NCBI GenBank assembly: GCA_031459875.1
Contig: JAVKHQ010000029.1
Coordinates: 1-33,097 of the forward strand
Direction: 5' to 3'
DNA length: 33,097 nt
Source: Candidatus Fervidifonticultor sextus
GTDB lineage: Bacteria; Sysuimicrobiota; Sysuimicrobiia; Sysuimicrobiales; Humicultoraceae
Shown here one piece after another: positions 29,959-33,097 of this stretch. Both the position numbers and the translations under genes were made by a program. The notes under the pieces are model-generated. The model saw nothing but the letters and a program-made list of their open reading frames with translations. It was not told the DNA's origin and did no database searches. Positions within the stretch are counted from its first letter, which is position 1, and every line of letters begins with the position of its first letter.

Positions 29959-30065
29959 GGGACTGTTGTGGGGCGAAGCCCCTCCGGTCTTCCTGCCGGG
30001 GTCGGACGAGACATGGCGGGCACATGGCCGGTCGCACCGATCCCCGGGACCAGACGCCGGCTCAT
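29955..30065 (-). pseudogene. Probable internally deleted remnant of an NAD(P)-binding SDR/NmrA-type gene
   Basis: GGAGG RBS 8 nt before ATG 30065. MSRRLVPGIGATGHV differs from LVLVTGATGYV by four single-nucleotide changes. The ORF ends after 36 aa in an ATGA overlap with SRPBCC. Confidence 0.5.
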
Positions 30066-30120
30066 GCGTTGAGCCTCCAAATCCTGAGGTTCAAGTCCGA
30101 CCACGAGGTCGGCCAGGGGA

Positions 30121-30153
30121 GCGGGGGGCCGCCGGACACGCTCGGCCCCCCGC
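30121..30153 (-). other. Strong intergenic stem-loop downstream of the fasciclin gene
   Basis: 11-bp inverted repeat GCGGGGGGCCG (30121-30131) / CGGCCCCCCGC (30143-30153). No U-tract. Confidence 0.55.
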
Positions 30154-30199
30154 CGTGTTCCTGCGCCGTCCACGTCTCGCGCCTCGCGGGTACCCACCG

Positions 30200-30688
30200 C
30201 TAGCGCGGCAGGATCACGCTGTCGATGACGTGGATCACGCCGTTCGAGGCGATGATATCCGTCCGGATCACGCGGGCGGTGTCCACCATGACGGCGCCGT
30301 CCTTGACGCTGATCGTGATCTCCTGACCGTTGACCGTCTTGGCCGACTTCAACTTCATGACATCGGCAGCCAGCACGCGGCCGGGGACGACATGGTAGGT
30401 CAACACTGCAGTAAGCTTCTGTCTGTCCTTAAGCAGCGCGTCGAGCGTGCCCGGCGGCAGCTTCGCGAATGCCTCGTCGGTGGGCGCGAAGACCGTGAAT
30501 GGTCCCGGGCCCTTCAGCGTCTGGACGAGCCCGGCTTCCTGGACGGCCTTGACCAGCGTCGTGAACGAACCGGCCGCCACAGCGGTGTCTACGATATCTC
30601 GCGCAGCCTGCGCGCCGCCGGTCGAGGCGCCGGCCAGCAGTGTGCTCAGCGCGAACGTGATCGAGAGCATCGTGCGCTTGCTCGTCAT
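30200..30688 (-). CDS. Secreted fasciclin (FAS1) domain protein
   Basis: AAGGAGG RBS, ATG 30688, signal peptide; [50 protein letters not shown]. Confidence 0.93.
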   Translation of the reverse strand: MTSKRTMLSITFALSTLLAGASTGGAQAARDIVDTAVAAGSFTTLVKAVQEAGLVQTLKGPGPFTVFAPTDEAFAKLPPGTLDALLKDRQKLTAVLTYHVVPGRVLAADVMKLKSAKTVNGQEITISVKDGAVMVDTARVIRTDIIASNGVIHVIDSVILPR

Positions 30689-30759
30689 CCTCCTTACCTC
30701 CCATCCGGTTAGGCTCGGGCAAGATTGGCAGTGCCTGCCGTCCGTGCCCTGCAATGGGC

Positions 30760-30821
30760 ATGCTAGCCTAGGCGATCCTCTGCCTCAATAGTTTGTCTAA
30801 TGTTTATCCGTAGTATGTTGA
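30760..30821 (-). promoter_or_regulatory. Promoter TTGAGG-N17-TAGCAT with overlapping candidate CarH operator (TnnACA boxes at 11-bp period)
   Basis: Minus-strand hexamers TCAACA (30821-30816), CGGATA (30810-30805), TAGACA (30799-30794) and TTGAGG (30788-30783, the -35) are spaced 11 bp apart. -10 TAGCAT at 30765-30760. Confidence 0.55.
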
Positions 30822-30837
30822 TTCTCCGGGCCTGAGA

Positions 30838-30875
30838 GTGGCATACTGGGAGCGTGGCATACTGGTGGCATACTG
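30838..30875 (+). repeat. Three exact copies of the 11-mer GTGGCATACTG
   Basis: Copies at 30838-30848, 30854-30864 and 30865-30875, immediately upstream of the carH ATG. Confidence 0.9.
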
Positions 30876-30881
30876 AACGAT

Positions 30882-31814
30882 ATGACACCTGATCGCGGGC
30901 CCAAGTACACAATCAAGACGGTGGCGAAGATGACCGGCGTGGGGACGGCGACACTGCGCGCGTGGGAGAAGCGCTACGGCATTCCCGCGCCCGTTCGAAC
31001 GGCCTCCCGCTACCGTTTGTACTCAGATGCCGATGTCCGCGAGATCCGGTGGCTGGTGGCCCGAATCGAGCAGGGCATCCCACCTCGACAGGCCGCCCGC
31101 CTCGCCATCGACCGTCGCACGGCCGGAGTGGCCCTGGACGAGGAACCCTCGGTCGAGATCCCGGCCCTGATCTCGGATCTGCGGGCCGCCTGTCTGGCTT
31201 ACGACGAGGAGACAGCGGAGGAGATCTTACGGCGTGCCGCATCCGTCCTGCGCCCCCACGAGATCGTCCGCAGCGTAGTGCTGCCGGCGGTTGCCCAGGT
31301 GGGCCGCGACTGGGAAGCCGGGCTCGTGAACGTGGCCCAGGAACACTTCACGAGTGGACTGACGCGGCGGGTTGCCCTGCGGCTGATGGACCTCTATCAG
31401 GCCTCACCCGGCCTTGTGCCCATCGTCTGCGCCTGCGCGCCCGGAGAGCTTCACGAACTGGGGCTGCTCGCGGTCGCCCTGGAGCTGCGGCGCCGCGGCC
31501 ACCCTGTGGTCAATCTGGGGCAGGCCACCCCTGTCGATGCCGCGCTGTCGGCGATCGAGCGGCTGGGCGCCCGGATCGCGGTCGTGGCGGCCACGCTGCC
31601 CGAGCATCTCGAGCCCTGGGTGGCCGCCCGAGGGGCCGTGGAAGACCTCCACAGGCGCACCGGCGCAGTGATCGTGTGGGGCGGCCCGGGAGCCGCGTGC
31701 GCGTCGGCGCAGGGACTTCCGGGTCCGGCGGCCGTCACGATCGACGAGGCGGTGGCGGCGGTCGCCGGGCTGCTCGAGATGATGACGCCGGCGCGCGGTG
31801 GGGCCCGCGCCTGA
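30882..31814 (+). CDS. CarH/LitR-type MerR-family, cobalamin-binding photoreceptor regulator
   Basis: MerR HTH YTIKTVAKMTGV...LRAWEKRYG..P.RT...YRLYS; W-x9-EH motif (WEAGLVNVAQEH); B12-binding ELHELG; divergent from the photolyase operon. Confidence 0.88.
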   Translation: MTPDRGPKYTIKTVAKMTGVGTATLRAWEKRYGIPAPVRTASRYRLYSDADVREIRWLVARIEQGIPPRQAARLAIDRRTAGVALDEEPSVEIPALISDLRAACLAYDEETAEEILRRAASVLRPHEIVRSVVLPAVAQVGRDWEAGLVNVAQEHFTSGLTRRVALRLMDLYQASPGLVPIVCACAPGELHELGLLAVALELRRRGHPVVNLGQATPVDAALSAIERLGARIAVVAATLPEHLEPWVAARGAVEDLHRRTGAVIVWGGPGAACASAQGLPGPAAVTIDEAVAAVAGLLEMMTPARGGARA

Positions 31815-31819
31815 GGACG

Positions 31820-32281
31820 TCAGGCCAGCGTCAGCGCGGCGCGTTTCGTCAGCGCCGTGTAGGTCGCCCGCCCCGCCTTGAAGGTCGCCAGCAGGATCTC
31901 CTCCCGGCTCCTGCTCTCGTCATAGGACACGTGCACCCAGGTCCCCTCGAAGATGAGCTGGTCGTAGGGCAGCCCCGCGCGCACCAGGGCCTTAAACAGG
32001 GCGAGGGTCCCGATGGCCGGGCACACGATGTCCGCGGCCTTGCCCTCGATGTGCTGGCTGCGCCGCGACCCTCCGATCGCCGCGTTGACCTTGGGCGATC
32101 GATACCCCGAGGTGATCTGGATGGGTTTGCCGATCACAGCGCGCAGCGGCTCCAGCACGTTCACACAGAGGGCCCGCATGTGCTCGATGTGCGACTCGTC
32201 GGGCGCATTGTCGAGCCCCTGGCGAATCGCCGTCTGCGAGAAGGTAAACTCATCCAGGGTGAAGTGCTTTGAGAGACGCAT
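31820..32281 (-). CDS. Peptidase M15A (D-Ala-D-Ala carboxypeptidase-like zinc metallopeptidase)
   Basis: LSKHFTLDEF, LEPLR...GKPIQITSGYRS, SQH..GKAAD, WVHVSY. Confidence 0.88.
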   Translation of the reverse strand: MRLSKHFTLDEFTFSQTAIRQGLDNAPDESHIEHMRALCVNVLEPLRAVIGKPIQITSGYRSPKVNAAIGGSRRSQHIEGKAADIVCPAIGTLALFKALVRAGLPYDQLIFEGTWVHVSYDESRSREEILLATFKAGRATYTALTKRAALTLA

Positions 32282-32303
32282 CGGCTCCTCCGTGTCGGCG
32301 GCT

Positions 32304-32723
32304 TCAGCGCTTCTTCGTCGAGAGCAGGCTCAACAGGCCAACCTGCCCCCTGAGCGCCTCGAACTCGGGATCTTTGTGGACGAGGGTCGCGCCCCCCAGC
32401 CTCGCGACCGCGGCGATCAGCGCATCGGCCACGGAGAGGCGGTGCGCGGCCTTCACTCTTCCAGCCTGCAACAGGGCCTTCTCGTCCGGATAGACCCACG
32501 CCACGGGCCAGGCTCTGACGAGAGCCAGGAGCCGAACAGCCTCGTCCTCACCCTTTGTGCGCAGGGCCGTGTAGAAGACCTCCATCAGCGTGATCGAGCA
32601 GGCCAGCACCTCGTGCTGGCCTGCCTGCACCCCCCGCAGCAGGCGCTCCACCCGACCGGCACCGGGTTCATCCCCCAGAAAGGCCACGATTGCAGACGTG
32701 TCCAGGACGTAGCGCTCAGCCAC
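32304..32723 (-). CDS. vapC: VapC-family PIN-domain toxin
   Basis: YVLDTSAIVAFL..E, ITLMEV, LSVADA, LVHKDPEF. Confidence 0.9.
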   Translation of the reverse strand: MAERYVLDTSAIVAFLGDEPGAGRVERLLRGVQAGQHEVLACSITLMEVFYTALRTKGEDEAVRLLALVRAWPVAWVYPDEKALLQAGRVKAAHRLSVADALIAAVARLGGATLVHKDPEFEALRGQVGLLSLLSTKKR

Positions 32724-32937
32724 GCTGTCGTTCGCGTCTGCGGTCCCTCAACAGCGCCGCGCGCAGACCCTTTGCAGCCCCCCGGGCGGAGGCGATGGGA
32801 TCGTCAGGCAACGGAACTACACGAATTGTCTGTCCGTCATCGATCCACTCGATCCGCGTCTGGGGAGTGATCCTGTGCGCGCGGCGCACCTTGGCAGGAA
32901 TAACGGTTTGTCCCCTCGCGGTCACCGTGGTCTTCAT
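32716..32937 (-). CDS. AbrB/MazE/SpoVT-family antitoxin (VapB)
   Basis: GGAGGT RBS, then MKTTVTARGQTVIPAKVRR...IEW; overlaps the vapC start. Confidence 0.88.
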   Translation of the reverse strand: MKTTVTARGQTVIPAKVRRAHRITPQTRIEWIDDGQTIRVVPLPDDPIASARGAAKGLRAALLRDRRRERQRG

Positions 32938-32957
32938 CAGATCACCTCCCCCAAGGT

Positions 32958-32986
32958 ACGATACAAGACGAATCTTGGAAACGCAA
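32958..32986 (-). promoter_or_regulatory. vapBC promoter TTGCGT-N17-TATCGT with palindrome CAAGA-N4-TCTTG in the spacer
   Basis: Inverted repeat at 32964-32977 lies between the -35 (32986-32981) and the -10 (32963-32958), the usual geometry for TA autorepression. Confidence 0.55.
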
Positions 32987-33014
32987 GTCAAACCTGGAAC
33001 TTGCCATTCAGCAC

Positions 33015-33097
33015 TCACACATAGGCCTCGTACTCATGGATGTTGACCGGTACGCTGATCACCGCGGCCTGCTCGGACCGCACCGCGTCCTCCAGCG
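33015..33097 (-). CDS. 3' end of a gene entering from the right edge (possibly a TPP-dependent enzyme C-terminus)
   Basis: ...LEDAVRSEQAAVISVPVNIHEYEAYV* with GC-biased codons. Too short for a firm assignment. Confidence 0.35.
   Translation of the reverse strand, partial: LEDAVRSEQAAVISVPVNIHEYEAYV

Noticed and set aside
29471..30037. Apparent ~190-aa N-terminal extension of the photolyase (670-aa ORF)
   Set aside because: It overlaps the SRPBCC gene in another frame. Photolyase motifs begin right after GTG 29470, so this is not a fusion.
30838..30875. Direct repeats considered as a mini-CRISPR
   Set aside because: Repeats are only 11 bp with 0-5 nt spacers, and there are no cas genes in the window.

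Overview
GC-rich bacterial chromosomal window. The gene set is compatible with an Armatimonadota-like or other Terrabacteria lineage, but that is a weak inference. From left to right: (1) a divergent NHEJ locus, with ligD running off the left edge and ku translationally coupled to an uncharacterised MerR-HTH/TPR protein; (2) an ECF sigma / zinc anti-sigma / MucB-RseB operon with a DmpA-type peptidase; (3) a decayed Vgb-family gene fragment and two tandem BatA-like VWA genes; (4) an FMN (RFN) riboswitch with non-canonical nucleotides in its ligand core and a terminator-type expression platform, upstream of an orphan AfuA/FbpA-like substrate-binding protein; (5) tRNA-Lys(CTT); (6) an ~11 kb ten-gene catabolic operon (ROK repressor, ROK kinase, two PHP/DUF3604-like metallohydrolases, NitT/TauT-type ABC transporter, two Gfo/Idh/MocA oxidoreductases); (7) tRNA-Leu(TAG)-tig-clpP-clpX-lon; (8) a B12-dependent CarH/LitR photoreceptor divergent from a fasciclin-SRPBCC-photolyase operon; (9) an M15A peptidase and a vapBC toxin-antitoxin pair. 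The most promising novelty is the variant FMN riboswitch with its unusual binding protein. Next come the ROK/DUF3604/Tau-type operon and the Ku-coupled MerR-TPR protein. All calls come from reading motifs by eye; no database searches were run.
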